This document shows positions 1-11,000 of a stretch of 64,000 nucleotides of DNA, one piece after another (the first letter of the stretch is position 1; every line of letters starts with the position of its first letter). Where the stretch lies: contig CAWIAD010000002.1 of NCBI GenBank assembly GCA_963833985.1, positions 5,984,001 through 6,048,000 on the forward strand, in the 5' to 3' direction. Source of the stretch: an uncultured Planctomycetaceae bacterium (GTDB lineage: Bacteria; Planctomycetota; Planctomycetia; Isosphaerales; Isosphaeraceae). The position numbers were made by a program, and so were the translations under genes. The notes beneath the pieces were generated by a model. The model searched no databases, was not told the DNA's origin, and worked only from the letters and a program-made list of their open reading frames with translations.

Positions 1-1115
1 TCGTCCAGCGCTATTCCAGCGCGAAGTTCTACACCGACTACCGTGTGCTGCTCGATCGCCAGAAAGACATCGACGGCGTGGTGATCGCCACGCCCGACCA
101 CACGCACGCGGTGATTGCCATGGCGGCCCTCCGCGCAGGCAAGCACGTCTACTGCCAGAAGCCGCTCACCCACGACGTTCACGAGGCCCGGATGCTCACG
201 AAGGCGGCGCGGGAATCTCGGGTCAGCACGCAGATGGGGATCCAGGGCCACTCGGGTGAAGGCATTCGCCAGACCTGTGAATGGATTGCCTCGGGACGGC
301 TGGGCGAGATTCGCCGGGTGGATGCCTGGTGCAGCCTCACGTATTACCCCTGGGGCCACGCCTACTGGAGCTCGCAGTGGGGAGACCGTCCCCGGGACGC
401 CATGCCCGTACCAAAGGAGCTGAACTGGGACCTGTGGATCGGTCCGGCGGCGATGCGGGCCTATCACAGGGCCTATCATCCCGCCACCTGGCGCTGCTTC
501 TGGGACTTCGGCTGCGGCATGATGGGTGATCGCGGCGTGCACACGCTGGATCCCGTCGTCACCGCACTGGAGCTGACCGCCCCGGAGACGATCGACGCCA
601 CCTGCTGCGGCGCAAGTCAGGAGGTTCATCCCCTGGCCGCCGTGGTCACGTTCCAGTTCCCCGCCCGCGGCAAGCTCCCTCCCGTGAAGGTCGTCTGGTA
701 CGAGGGCATGCAGCCGCCCCGGCCCGACGCGCTGGAGGACGGCGCGAAGTTGCCGGCGGAGGGCGGCGCCATTTTCCACGGCACTCAGGGCACGCTCGTG
801 GCCGGCGTGACTGGAAACGATCTTCCCGTGCTCATCGGGGCGGCACGAACGAAGGAGATCCCGCCTCCCGCCCGCACCCTGCCGCGGGTCGCCACCTCGC
901 ACGAGCTCGACTGGGTCCGCGCCTGCAAGGCGGGAAACCGGGCCGTCGCCGATTTCGCGTTTTCCGGCCCGCTCACCGAGATCTGTCTTCTGGGTAACGT
1001 CGCCAAGCGCGTCGAGGCGCGGATTGCCTGGAACGCAGAGAAAGGCGAGATCACCAATCTCCCGGACGCCAACAGGTACCTGCGCAGCTCCTACCGGAAC
1101 GGGTGGTCGCTCTGA
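1..1115 (+). CDS. Gfo/Idh/MocA family oxidoreductase (5'-partial; start lies upstream of the window)
   Basis: Frame is open from position 3; motifs ATPDHTH, GKHVYCQKP, WDFGCGMMGDRGVH typical of planctomycete Gfo/Idh/MocA proteins. Confidence 0.9.
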   Translation, partial: VQRYSSAKFYTDYRVLLDRQKDIDGVVIATPDHTHAVIAMAALRAGKHVYCQKPLTHDVHEARMLTKAARESRVSTQMGIQGHSGEGIRQTCEWIASGRLGEIRRVDAWCSLTYYPWGHAYWSSQWGDRPRDAMPVPKELNWDLWIGPAAMRAYHRAYHPATWRCFWDFGCGMMGDRGVHTLDPVVTALELTAPETIDATCCGASQEVHPLAAVVTFQFPARGKLPPVKVVWYEGMQPPRPDALEDGAKLPAEGGAIFHGTQGTLVAGVTGNDLPVLIGAARTKEIPPPARTLPRVATSHELDWVRACKAGNRAVADFAFSGPLTEICLLGNVAKRVEARIAWNAEKGEITNLPDANRYLRSSYRNGWSL

Positions 1116-1147
1116 CATGGAACCAATTCACTTCGAGGGGCTCTGTC

Positions 1148-3199
1148 ATGGTGTCACGCGTACTGGGTTTGCGGGTTGCCGGTTTGCTCCTGCTCACAAT
1201 GCTGGCAACACTCTCACGGGCCGATAGCCCGAGACCTTCGCAATGGGTGCGCCCCGGTGAAATGGCGCGGAAGTCCGAATGGGTCAAGGCGCGCTTCGAG
1301 AGCCCGCGGCAGAATCCGCCGTTCTCCTTCGTGTACGGGGGAAAGCCGTCAGCGACGCTTCTTGGGGCCTGGCCGAGCCACAGCGAGACGGCAGAGATGG
1401 CCCCGGCGCGCACCCGGCGCACTTTGACCTGGACGGACGCCGCGACGGGACTGGAGGTGCGCTGTGTCGTCGTCGAGTATGCCGACTATCCCGCCGTGGA
1501 ATGGACCGTGTATTTCAAGAACATGGGTAAGTCCGCGACGCCCATCCTGGAGCGGATCGAGGGACTGGATACCAGTCTTGATCGCGGTGCGGAAGAGCCC
1601 GGGAAATTCGTCCTGCACGGCCGCAAGGGGGACACGTCCGCCGCCGACCTCTACGAACCGTTCGAGCGGACGCTGAACGCCGGCACCACGGAGCGGTTCG
1701 CGCCGGTCGGAGGTCGAGGGAGCAATGGAGCCTTTCCTTACTACAACCTGGAGATGCCGCCTGGCGGCGGGCTGATGATCGCGGTGGGATGGCCCGGCCA
1801 GTGGGCGTCCACGTTCGCGCGGGACGAGGGTCGAGCGCTGCACATCACGGCCGGCCAGGAGCTGACCCGCCTGGTGCTCCGGCCCGGAGAAACCGTGCGG
1901 ACGCCGCTCATCGCCCTGGTCTTCTGGCAGGGAGACGACACGGCGCAGGCGCAGAACCTCTGGCGGCGCTGGATGTTCGCCCACAATGTTCCACGCACCG
2001 GCGACGGCGCGCTGCCGCCTCCGTTGCTCTTCGGCAACACCTCGGGCGAGTTCAACGAGATGACTGGCGCCAACGAGGAGAACCAGAACTTCTTCATCGA
2101 CCGCTACAGGCAGGAGCGCGTGCCGATCAATTTCTGGTGGATGGACGCGGGCTGGTATCCGTGTGAGGGGCAGTGGCCCCGAACGGGCACCTGGGAGCCC
2201 GACCTGAAGCGGTTTCCGCGAGGACTGCGTGCCATCAGCGACCATGCAGAAAAGGTGGGAGTCAAGACGCTCGTCTGGTTCGAGCCCGAGCGTGTGGCCC
2301 AGGGAACGTGGCTGGCCGAGAATCATCCCGACTGGCTGCTGGGCAAGATCTTGCTGAACCTGGGCCGGCCTGAGGTCCGCGACTGGCTGACCGATCATGT
2401 GGACAAGGTACTGCGCGAGCAGAGGATCCGGCTCTATCGCCAGGACTTCAACATGGACCCACTGGCGTACTGGCGCAAGAACGATGCACCCGACCGAGAA
2501 GGAATGACCGAGAACCAGCACATTCAGAACTACCTGGCCTACTGGGACGAGCTGCGCCGGCGGCATCCCGGCCTGATCATCGATAGCTGCGCCTCCGGCG
2601 GCCGGCGCAACGACCTGGAGACGATGCGCCGGGCGATCGCCCTGCACCCGACCGATTACAACTATGCACACCTGGCGGCCAAGCAGGCGTTCCACGCCAG
2701 CCTGTTCGAGTGGCTTCCCTGCTTCGGCTCGAATACGGTCCCGGTGGAAACTGTCGACGCATACGCCATTCGCAGCGGGCACGCCATGAACGTGGTGCTC
2801 GGCTATGACCTGCGGCGCGCGGATCTCGACTACGACTTGCTCCGCAAGCTTACTGCCGAATGGCGCGCCGTCGTGCCCTATTACCAGGGCGACTTCTACC
2901 GCCTGACCGGTGACAACCGTGCTGAGGAGCGCTGGCTCGCCTGGCAGTTCGATCGGCCGGAGCAAGCAGACGGCATCGTGGAGGCGTTCCGCCGATCGCG
3001 GGCCGTGCAGGCCGCCGAGAGCTATCGCCTGCGCGGGATTGCGCCGGAGGCGCGCTACGAGATCTCGGATCTCGCTACGGGCCGGACGTCGCTTCACGAT
3101 GGCCAGGAGCTGGCCGACCATGGGTTGCCGCTGGCGATTGGGGCGAAGCCCGGCGCCGCGGTGGTACGCTATCGCCGCCTGCCGGAGACGCGTCCCTGA
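1148..3199 (+). CDS. Secreted alpha-galactosidase-like glycoside hydrolase (GH36, clan D)
   Basis: Signal peptide; WWMDAGWY, VWFEPE, YRQDFN, IDSCASGGRRND motifs; GAGGGG RBS before ATG 1148. Confidence 0.85.
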   Translation: MVSRVLGLRVAGLLLLTMLATLSRADSPRPSQWVRPGEMARKSEWVKARFESPRQNPPFSFVYGGKPSATLLGAWPSHSETAEMAPARTRRTLTWTDAATGLEVRCVVVEYADYPAVEWTVYFKNMGKSATPILERIEGLDTSLDRGAEEPGKFVLHGRKGDTSAADLYEPFERTLNAGTTERFAPVGGRGSNGAFPYYNLEMPPGGGLMIAVGWPGQWASTFARDEGRALHITAGQELTRLVLRPGETVRTPLIALVFWQGDDTAQAQNLWRRWMFAHNVPRTGDGALPPPLLFGNTSGEFNEMTGANEENQNFFIDRYRQERVPINFWWMDAGWYPCEGQWPRTGTWEPDLKRFPRGLRAISDHAEKVGVKTLVWFEPERVAQGTWLAENHPDWLLGKILLNLGRPEVRDWLTDHVDKVLREQRIRLYRQDFNMDPLAYWRKNDAPDREGMTENQHIQNYLAYWDELRRRHPGLIIDSCASGGRRNDLETMRRAIALHPTDYNYAHLAAKQAFHASLFEWLPCFGSNTVPVETVDAYAIRSGHAMNVVLGYDLRRADLDYDLLRKLTAEWRAVVPYYQGDFYRLTGDNRAEERWLAWQFDRPEQADGIVEAFRRSRAVQAAESYRLRGIAPEARYEISDLATGRTSLHDGQELADHGLPLAIGAKPGAAVVRYRRLPETRP

Positions 3200-3309
3200 T
3201 TTCCATGAAACGGAGGCGGAGCAGGTGTGGACGGGCCGCATCGGTCTCATCGGTGACCGGCGCTCGCCGCGCCGCGTGAGCCACATGCCGCATGGCGCAT
3301 GCCTTATGT

Positions 3310-3351
3310 GGTCGCATGGCGATGAGGTCGCATGGCGATGAGGTCGCATGA
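3310..3351. repeat. Intergenic 16-bp tandem repeat GGTCGCATGGCGATGA, about 2.6 copies
   Basis: Copies at 3310-3325 and 3326-3341, partial copy 3342-3351. Confidence 0.9.
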
Positions 3352-3483
3352 TCCCGGACAGATTTCTTGTGGCATCCGGCGTTCGCCTGGGAGAGAATGA
3401 TGTGCTTGCTCGCGTGGCGCTGAGCCAGGCCCCCGAGCGGAACTTCTGAAAACGCGTGAGCTCCGGTGCTTCTGAAATGTCTT

Positions 3484-4971
3484 ATGGAAAAACTCATGTT
3501 TTCTTTGCAAGTCGCTCTCCTGGCTTTGGTGCTGTCTCTAGGGGCAGGCTGCGGAGATCCGGCTGGCAGGCTTTCCGGATCTCCGACCGCGCAGGGGCCG
3601 GCCGGACCGTTCCTGGTCAAACCCTATCTCCAGTGGGGGGATTCCGCGAAGTTCGAGAGTGGCCCGGGCATGCAGTTGCTCTGGCAAGACAATGATGACG
3701 AGGCCGCCTGGACGGTGGAGTACCGGCAGGCGAACCCGTCCGGTGCCCCGTCCGAGTGGCGCAAGGCCGGCCCGGCCGCGATGCGGAGAGTCGCCGTGCC
3801 TGGCATTCCGCCCCACCGGGTCTATCGCTCCAGCCTGAAGGGTCTGACCACGGGGGCCGAGTTTTCCTACCGCGTGAACAAGAACAACGAACTGGTCTTC
3901 TCGGCCCGTGGGCGCCCGCCCGCCGCCGGCGACGCGCCCTACCGGTTCGTCGTCTTCGGCGACTGCGGAACCAGCAGCCGCGAACAGAAGGCCATCGCCT
4001 ACCAGGCATTCCAGGCGCGCCCCGATCTCGTCATGATCACGGGCGACATCGTCTACGACCGGGGCAGGATCTCCGAGTATCGCCCCAACTTCTGGCCGAT
4101 CTACAACGCCGATGACGCGTCGCCCGCGGCCGGTGCGCCGCTCTTGCGATCGACGATCTTCGTGGCCGCGCCGGGAAACCATGACGTCGGCACTCGCGAC
4201 CTGGGCAAGTACCCCGACTCGCTGGCCTATTTCCTCTACTGGTCGCAGCCCCTCAATGGTCCGCCGGGCGTGGAGGGTTCCGCACACGTGCCCGCCCTGA
4301 AGGGGCCGGAGGCCAACCGCCGCGCATTCCTTGACGCCGCCGGGCCGGCGTTTCCCCGCATGGGCAACTTCTCGTTCGACCATGGCAACGCTCACTGGCT
4401 GGTCCTGGACGCCAACCCGTACGTCGACTGGACCGACCCGCAATTGCGAGCCTGGGTGCAGCAGGACCTGGCGGCCGCCCAGCACGCCACCTGGCGGTTC
4501 GTCGCCCTTCATCAGCCGGGCTTCCAGTCGGCCCGAAAGCATTCGGACGAGGAGAATTCGCGCGTCCTCGCCGACCTTTTCGAGGCCGGCAACGTGTCGA
4601 TTGTCTTTTGCGGCCACGTGCACAATTACCAGCGCACCTTCCCACTCCGGTTCGCCGCGGAACCGCGCACCAGCGGCAAGCCCATGCATGACAAGGAACT
4701 CGTGCCGGGCACCTGGACCCTGGACCGCACCTTCGATGGCCGCTTGCATACGCGGCCCTCAGGCGTCATCTACCTGGTCACCGGCGCCGGCGGCGCGAGC
4801 CTGTACAACCCGGAGCAGCAGAACGACCCCGCGTCCTGGAAAAGCTTCACATGCAAGTTCGTTTCGAAGGTCCATTCGCTGACCGTCGCCACGGTGGATG
4901 GGCCGAGCGTGCTGGTCCGCCAGGTCTCGCTCCAGGGCGAGGAGCTGGACCGGTTCGTGATCACCAGGTGA
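3484..4971 (+). CDS. Purple-acid-phosphatase-like metallophosphoesterase, probable lipoprotein with N-terminal FN3-like domain
   Basis: Lipobox LGAGC; metal motifs GDCG, GDIVY, GNHD, ALHQP, GHVH; start uncertain (3466/3484/3496). Confidence 0.85.
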   Translation: MEKLMFSLQVALLALVLSLGAGCGDPAGRLSGSPTAQGPAGPFLVKPYLQWGDSAKFESGPGMQLLWQDNDDEAAWTVEYRQANPSGAPSEWRKAGPAAMRRVAVPGIPPHRVYRSSLKGLTTGAEFSYRVNKNNELVFSARGRPPAAGDAPYRFVVFGDCGTSSREQKAIAYQAFQARPDLVMITGDIVYDRGRISEYRPNFWPIYNADDASPAAGAPLLRSTIFVAAPGNHDVGTRDLGKYPDSLAYFLYWSQPLNGPPGVEGSAHVPALKGPEANRRAFLDAAGPAFPRMGNFSFDHGNAHWLVLDANPYVDWTDPQLRAWVQQDLAAAQHATWRFVALHQPGFQSARKHSDEENSRVLADLFEAGNVSIVFCGHVHNYQRTFPLRFAAEPRTSGKPMHDKELVPGTWTLDRTFDGRLHTRPSGVIYLVTGAGGASLYNPEQQNDPASWKSFTCKFVSKVHSLTVATVDGPSVLVRQVSLQGEELDRFVITR

Positions 4972-4982
4972 CCACAGCGTGA

Positions 4983-6557
4983 TCAAGGAAAGTCTTCCCG
5001 GAGGAGACGGCTGGCGCGCACCAGGTTCGCCAGCTTGGCAGAGGCAGTCTCGAACGCGGTGATGGGGCTGTCGGCGAAGGTGGCGAAGCCGCAGTCGGGA
5101 TTCAGCAGCACTCGGTCGCGGCCGAACAGGGCGATCGCACGCCGGGCGCGGAAGACGATCTCCTCGACCGGTTCCACCCGGCCGGACTTCTGGTCGACCA
5201 CGCCCACGCCGATGCGGACGCTCTCGGGCAAGCCCTTGAGCACATCGATCTCGCCGGCCCTGGAAGTGCACAGCTCGAGGAAAAGCGTCCCCACGGGAAG
5301 CGAACGGAAGAGCGGGACCAGTGGCGCGTAATCGCCGGAAAGCGCGGCGGACACATCGCGCGTCCAGTTGCCGCGGCAAACGTGCATCGCCAGCCTTTCG
5401 ATGGGGAATGGCTCCAGCGTGCTGACCAGGAGCGATCGTGCAAAATCGAGCTCCTCGGCGATGGGCCTTTTCTCCCCGAGGGCGCCGCACATGAACGAGC
5501 GATTGCCGCCCGCAGGGCGTCCGTGGACCACCTCGGTCAAGACTGGCTCGTCAAGCTGTACGAGCGCGGCACCGGCCTCCAGGAGCGCGGCGATCTCCGC
5601 CCGCAACACCTCGACCACGTCGGCGGCAAGTGCCTCGCGGCTGCTATAGGCACGGTCGGCAACGCATTCCAGCCACATGGTCCGGGTCAGCAGGTAAGGG
5701 CCCGGCAGCGCAATCTTGACCGGCCGGTCCGTCAGCTTCCGCACCGCGATCAGCTCATGCACGGCCAGCGGCCGCGCCGGGTTGCGCGCCAGCCTGCCGA
5801 AGACGGCGGGATGGCGTACCGACTGGGCCGGGACGTCGAGCGCCTGGAGCTCGCGGGCGAAAGCCTCCGGATGTTCCACGTAAGGCAGCAGGTCGACGAT
5901 CGGGATGAGCTGGCAGTTCTCCAGGCGGCTGGCCACGAAGCTGGCGTAGCTGTCGCGATGCTGCTCGCCGTCGGTGACGACATCGACGCCCGCCTCGAGC
6001 TGTGCCTGGACGACCTGGGCGACGGCACGGTCGGCGAGCGCGGAGTATTCCGGCTCCGAGACGCGGCCTTCGAGCCTGCCGTGCAGGGCCTCCAGCAGCC
6101 AGGGGGGCCGGGGCCAGCTTCCAAGGCCCATGACAGCAAGGGCGGCGATCGCCGGCTGGCGATCGTCCGGGGACGTCAAGCGGCCCGACGCCGGATCGGC
6201 CGTCGCAAGTGGCCGGGCTGAGGAGGCATGGCTGGAGGCAACCCGCGGCTCCCTGGCGGTGGGTCCGGTTCCTTGCCTGGCGATCAGGAACGTCCATGCG
6301 GCCGCGTCCCGGTCATGCCGCAAGGAGACGAGCACATTGCCGGTGAGCCGGCACCAGGCCGGCAAGTCCTCGCTCACGGAGGGCTCGGTGGAGCGAATTT
6401 CGAGGATCTCTCCCGGTTGCAGCGGGTCGATGTGGCGCCTGATCTGGAGCAAGAGACCGCTGCCACAGTCGAGGTTGCCGCCATCAAACCGCGCCGCGGG
6501 CTCGGGGCCCGGCTGTTCACCTGGTGTGCGTCTCGGATCAATCATGATGGTCGCCAT
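4983..6557 (-). CDS. TusA/SirA-like sulfur-carrier domain fused to a cobalamin-independent methionine synthase (MetE C-terminal/YxjG-like) Zn domain
   Basis: N-terminus FDGGNLDCGSGLLL...EDLPAWCRLTG; C-terminus GSWPRP, DVVTDGEQ, VQLDEP, Zn ligands HVCRGN, LFLE, NPDCGF. Confidence 0.85.
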   Translation of the reverse strand: MATIMIDPRRTPGEQPGPEPAARFDGGNLDCGSGLLLQIRRHIDPLQPGEILEIRSTEPSVSEDLPAWCRLTGNVLVSLRHDRDAAAWTFLIARQGTGPTAREPRVASSHASSARPLATADPASGRLTSPDDRQPAIAALAVMGLGSWPRPPWLLEALHGRLEGRVSEPEYSALADRAVAQVVQAQLEAGVDVVTDGEQHRDSYASFVASRLENCQLIPIVDLLPYVEHPEAFARELQALDVPAQSVRHPAVFGRLARNPARPLAVHELIAVRKLTDRPVKIALPGPYLLTRTMWLECVADRAYSSREALAADVVEVLRAEIAALLEAGAALVQLDEPVLTEVVHGRPAGGNRSFMCGALGEKRPIAEELDFARSLLVSTLEPFPIERLAMHVCRGNWTRDVSAALSGDYAPLVPLFRSLPVGTLFLELCTSRAGEIDVLKGLPESVRIGVGVVDQKSGRVEPVEEIVFRARRAIALFGRDRVLLNPDCGFATFADSPITAFETASAKLANLVRASRLLREDFP

Positions 6558-6573
6558 CGCCGCCAGGATCGTG

Positions 6574-6935
6574 TCAGTAGCTCACGCAGGGCGCCCCTGC
6601 GCCAGGAACTCGACCAGCCGGGCACCACCGACGATCGTCGCGCCGGGGATGAGCGTGCCTGGGTCCAGGCCGCGCTTCTTGAAGCAGGGGGAGCAGACGA
6701 GGATGGTGCCACCGGCCGCGATAAAGCTGGTCATGAGCTCCCTGAGCGGCTGGAAGCCTGGCTCGTGGATGGCATCGGCCGTGCCTTCGACGGCCAGACG
6801 GACGCCCTGGATACTCAGGAAGACCATGGTCTCTTGCCCGGAGGCCACGGCGGCGCCTGCCACCACGAAGGCCACCGTGGCGCGGTCGGGATCGTCCAGC
6901 GAGCGGGTCAGCGAGACGCAAAACGTTCCGGCCAT
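6574..6935 (-). CDS. DsrE/DsrF-like family protein with CSPC motif (probable 1-bp deletion near the 3' end)
   Basis: DDPDRATVAFVVAGAAVASG..VFLSIQGV, LVCSPCFKKRGL, IVGGARLVEFL; as written it stops at 6582, one extra G at about 6593 restores ...QGAPCVSY* ending at 6574; AAGGA RBS. Confidence 0.8.
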
Positions 6936-6942
6936 GGCGAGT

Positions 6943-7179
6943 TCAGTCCTTTCTGCGCTGAAGGTCGTAACGGGGGTGGTCCGAGTGCAGCAAGCGGTGT
7001 CCGGTAAGCCGGCACCAGGCGGGGACATCGACCGGGGCACCCTCATCGCTTGTGATCAGGCGGAAGACCTGCCCGGAGTTCAGCCGCTCCAGACGGCTCT
7101 TGAGCGCCAGGAGCATCGGCCCGCATGCCAGGTCGCCCGCGTCCCAGGTTTCAGCAGCCTCCGGCATCTCCAAATTCAC
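6943..7179 (-). CDS. TusA/SirA family sulfur carrier
   Basis: WDAGDLACGPML...SDEGAPVDVPAWCRLTGH, 78 aa. Confidence 0.8.
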   Translation of the reverse strand: MNLEMPEAAETWDAGDLACGPMLLALKSRLERLNSGQVFRLITSDEGAPVDVPAWCRLTGHRLLHSDHPRYDLQRRKD

Positions 7180-7282
7180 TCCGCCGCGCCTCTGGTGATC
7201 TTCTTGACTTGCTCTGCACTGGAATAATGAAGCAAATTCCCCGGCAAGTCACGGACTAATTTCTTGCAAGGCGGAGGGTCCG

Positions 7283-7762
7283 ATGGATGGCGAATCGCTG
7301 CGGCGACATCTTCGGGAGCTGCTGGAAGGCGGCAACGCGCACCTGGATTTCGAGGCGGCCATTGCCGATTTGCCGCCCGCACAACGCGGCCTCCGGCCTC
7401 CGGGGCTGTCCCATACAGCCTGGCGGCTGCTCGAGCACATGCGCATTGCCCAGTGGGACATTCTGCGGTTCTCGATCGACCCGAGCCATGAGTCGCCCGA
7501 CTTTCCCCTGGGCTACTGGCCCGACGGTGACGCCCCGCCGGATGACACCGCCTGGGATCGGACGGTGCAAGCATTCCGCGCGGATCTGAAAACCATGGTA
7601 GCACTGGTGGAAGACCCCACGACCGACCTCTTCGCTCCGATTCCCCACGGCCAGGGGCAAACGATCCTCCGTGAGGCGCTCCTGGTGGCGGACCATAATG
7701 CCTATCACCTGGGCCAGCTCGTGACGGTCCGCAAGTTGCTACGCGCCTGGCCACATGACTGA
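7283..7762 (+). CDS. DinB/YfiT-like family protein
   Basis: [15 protein letters not shown] and [10 protein letters not shown] histidine motifs. Confidence 0.8.
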   Translation: MDGESLRRHLRELLEGGNAHLDFEAAIADLPPAQRGLRPPGLSHTAWRLLEHMRIAQWDILRFSIDPSHESPDFPLGYWPDGDAPPDDTAWDRTVQAFRADLKTMVALVEDPTTDLFAPIPHGQGQTILREALLVADHNAYHLGQLVTVRKLLRAWPHD

Positions 7763-8015
7763 GATCCTTACAAGCCAAGAGTTTGCCCGAGTCTAATCTT
7801 GGCTGCTTGCATTGATTGATCGGTGCCCCCGGTTCCCTGAATGCGCTGGTTCATGCGACTGACGGCTACTTTTCTTTTCGAATGACAGTGTACATTGAAT
7901 GAACAAGATGTCGTGCGATGGCGAAGCAAACGAAGGTGCCGCAACGGGGTGATCCGCGTGTGAAAGCACCCGCGAGCAGAATCATGGCCAGGCTGAGTGG
8001 ACAGGCAGGCACTGC

Positions 8016-11000
8016 ATGGTACGAACGCTCATTTCCTGGAGCTTGCACAACCGGTTCGTTGTCCTGCTGGGGACGATTGCGTTGGTGGCGTTCGGCCTGC
8101 ATGCCGCTTACAACCTGAACATCGAGGCATATCCCGACCCGACGCCGCCCCTGGTAGAGGTGATCACGCAGAACCCTGGCACCAGCCCCGAGGAGATGGA
8201 GCGGCTGATCGGCATCCCGATCGAGACGGCCCTCAACGGGATGCCGGGGCTGAAATACCTACGGAGTATTTCGCTCGCGGGGCTCAACGATGTCAAATGC
8301 ATCTTTGAGTACGGGACGGATTACTGGCAGGCACGGCAGGAGGTGATCAATCGCATCGGCATGGTGAGCACCCTGCCCCAGGGAGTCACGCCGACACTCT
8401 CGCCCTGGAGCCCCACCGGTGAGATCGTGCGTTACGTCCTGGAAGGTGACGGCTACACGCTGAACCAGCTCAAGGCGGTGCAGGACTGGGTGCTGGAGCG
8501 GCAGCTCCGCACCGTACCGGGGGTGATCGACGTCACCGGGTTCGGCGGCACGGTCAAGCAGTACCAGGTGCTGCTGGATACCCAGCTCATGAAGCGGTAC
8601 GACGTGACCTTGCAGATGGTCACCGACGCGATCACGCAATCCAACGCAAACGTGGGCGGCGACGTGCTTCCCCTGGGTGACCAGTCGCACAACGTCCGGG
8701 CGATCGGCTACCTGGGTGAAGGCATCGACTCGCTCGAACCCGGCAATGCCGGACGCGCATATGCGCTGGAGGTGGAGAAGCTCGAGGACATCCAGGACGT
8801 CGTGGTCACCACCTACCGGAACATGCCGGTCTACATCAAGCAAATTGCCCGCGTGGTGATCGGCTACCAGCCCCGGCTGGGCGTCGTGGGGCGCAACGAC
8901 CAGAACGATGTCGTGGAAGGCATCGTGCTGATGCGCAAGTACGAGAAATCGCTCCCCACATCCAACGCTGTCCAGAAGAAGATCGACGAGCTGAATGCCG
9001 GCGGTCTCTTGCCCAAGGGCATGAAGATCGAGCCGTTCAACCGGCGCACCGACCTGGTCTACGTCACCCGGCACAACGTGCTGCACAACATGCTGGTGGG
9101 AATGGGGCTGGTGATCCTCATCCTGTTCATCTTCCTGGGCGATATCACCAGCGCGGGGATCGTGGCGCTGATGATCCCGCTGGCCATCCTGTTCTCGGTC
9201 TCGGTGCTCTACCTCCAGGGGAAGTCCGCCAACCTGCTGTCCATCGGGGCGATCGACTTTGGAATCATCGTGGACAGCTCTGTGATCATCGTCGAGAACA
9301 TCTACCGGCACATCACCGCGCCCGACGCCGACCGCACGCGCCCCCTGGTCGACCGCATCATCGAAGCCTCGTACGAGATCGAGCGGGCCCTCTTCTTCTC
9401 GACGCTGATCATCGTCTGCGCCTTCATTCCGCTCTTCTCCATGACCGGTCCGGAAGGGGCGCTCTTTGGACCGATGGCGAACACTTACGCCTTTGCCATC
9501 TGCGGCGCGCTCATCCTGGCCGTGACGCTCACGCCGGTCCTCTGCTCCTTCCTCTTCGCCAACAAGAGCGAAGAGAAAGAAACGTTCATTGACCGGATCA
9601 TGAAGCTGCGGTACCTCGTGATGCTCGACAAGATCCTCCGGCACCGCTACCTGCTGCTGGCCAGCATGGGGTCGCTGCTGGCGTTCACAATCTGGTTGAT
9701 CCCCGGGCTGGGCGGCGAGTTCATGCCCCCGCTCGAGGAGGGGAACCTGTGGATCCGCGCGCTCCTGCCGCGCACCGTCACGCTTCAGGAGGCCGCGCGG
9801 ATGGCGCCCCGGCTCCGCGCCGTGATCGGCTCGATTCCCGAGATCAGGGCCGTGATGTCGCACGTCGGCCGGCCCGACGACGGCACCGACGTGACCAGTT
9901 ATTACAACCTGGAATTCAACGCCCCGCTCATTCCCATGGAGGAGTGGCGCAGGAAGCCGGTCAAGATCTTCGGCAAGGAGATCTGGCAGCGGACCATCAC
10001 GCGTGAGGAGATCCAGAATGAACTGATGAAAAAGTTTGAGATCTTCCCAGGCATCAATTTCAATTTCTCGCAGCTCATCCGCGACAACGTGGAGGAGGCG
10101 CTCTCCGGAGTCAAGGGAGCCAACTCGATCAAGCTCTTCGGCAACGACCTGAAGAAGCTGGAGGAAGCCGGACAGCGCGTGATCAATATCCTCAACACGG
10201 TTCCGGGTATCTCCAACGCCGGTCTCTTTCACATCATCGGTCAGCCCAACCTGGAGATCCAGATTGACCGCCATGAGTGCGCACGGTACGGCATCAACGT
10301 GTCGGACGTGGAGGCGGTGGTCCAGGTGGCGGTCGGCGGCAGGGCCTTCACGCAGATGATCGAGGGTGAGAAACGGTTCGACATTGTGCTCCGCTTGCCG
10401 AAACATCAGCGTGACGACCCGGAAGTCATCGAACGGATCACGGTGGACACTCCCGGCCAGGACGGCAAGCCGGGGGCGCGAGTACCGCTCCAGCAAGTGG
10501 CCAAGATTGACCCGCACAAGCCGGGAGCGGCGTACATCTATCGCGAGAACAACCGGCGCTACATTCCGATCAAGTTCAGCGTCCAGGGGCGTGACCTGGC
10601 CTCGACGATTGCCGAGGCCAGAAGGAAGGTGATGGACCCGGTGCACGGGGCCAAGCTGCCCGAGGGATACGACATCGACTGGTCGGGCGAGTTCCAGCAG
10701 ATGGAGGAGGCCAATGCGCGGTTGCTCTGGATCGTGCCGATCTCGATCGTGCTGATCATGGTGCTTCTGTACACGGCCTTCTCCTCGATCAAGGATTCGA
10801 TCCTGGTGATGGTCAATGTGCTGGAGGCGTCGATGGGGGGAATCCTGGCACTCTGGATCACGGGCACACCGTTTTCCATCTCGGCGGCTGTGGGGTTCGT
10901 GTCGGTCTTCGGCGTGGCCGTTCAGGATGGAGTGCTCTTGATCTCTTACTTCAACCAGTTGCGCGAAGCGGGCCTGCCGGTGCGCGAGTCGGTCATGCGG

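Noticed and set aside
4983..6557. Assigning the symbol metE
   Set aside because: Single barrel with no folate-binding half and fused to TusA; the substrate is unknown.
6582..6584. TGA ending the DsrE ORF as a possible Sec codon
   Set aside because: Better explained by a missing G in a homopolymer that restores ...GAPCVSY*.
7204..7228. TTGACT...AATAAT sigma70 promoter for the DinB gene
   Set aside because: The spacer is only 13 nt.
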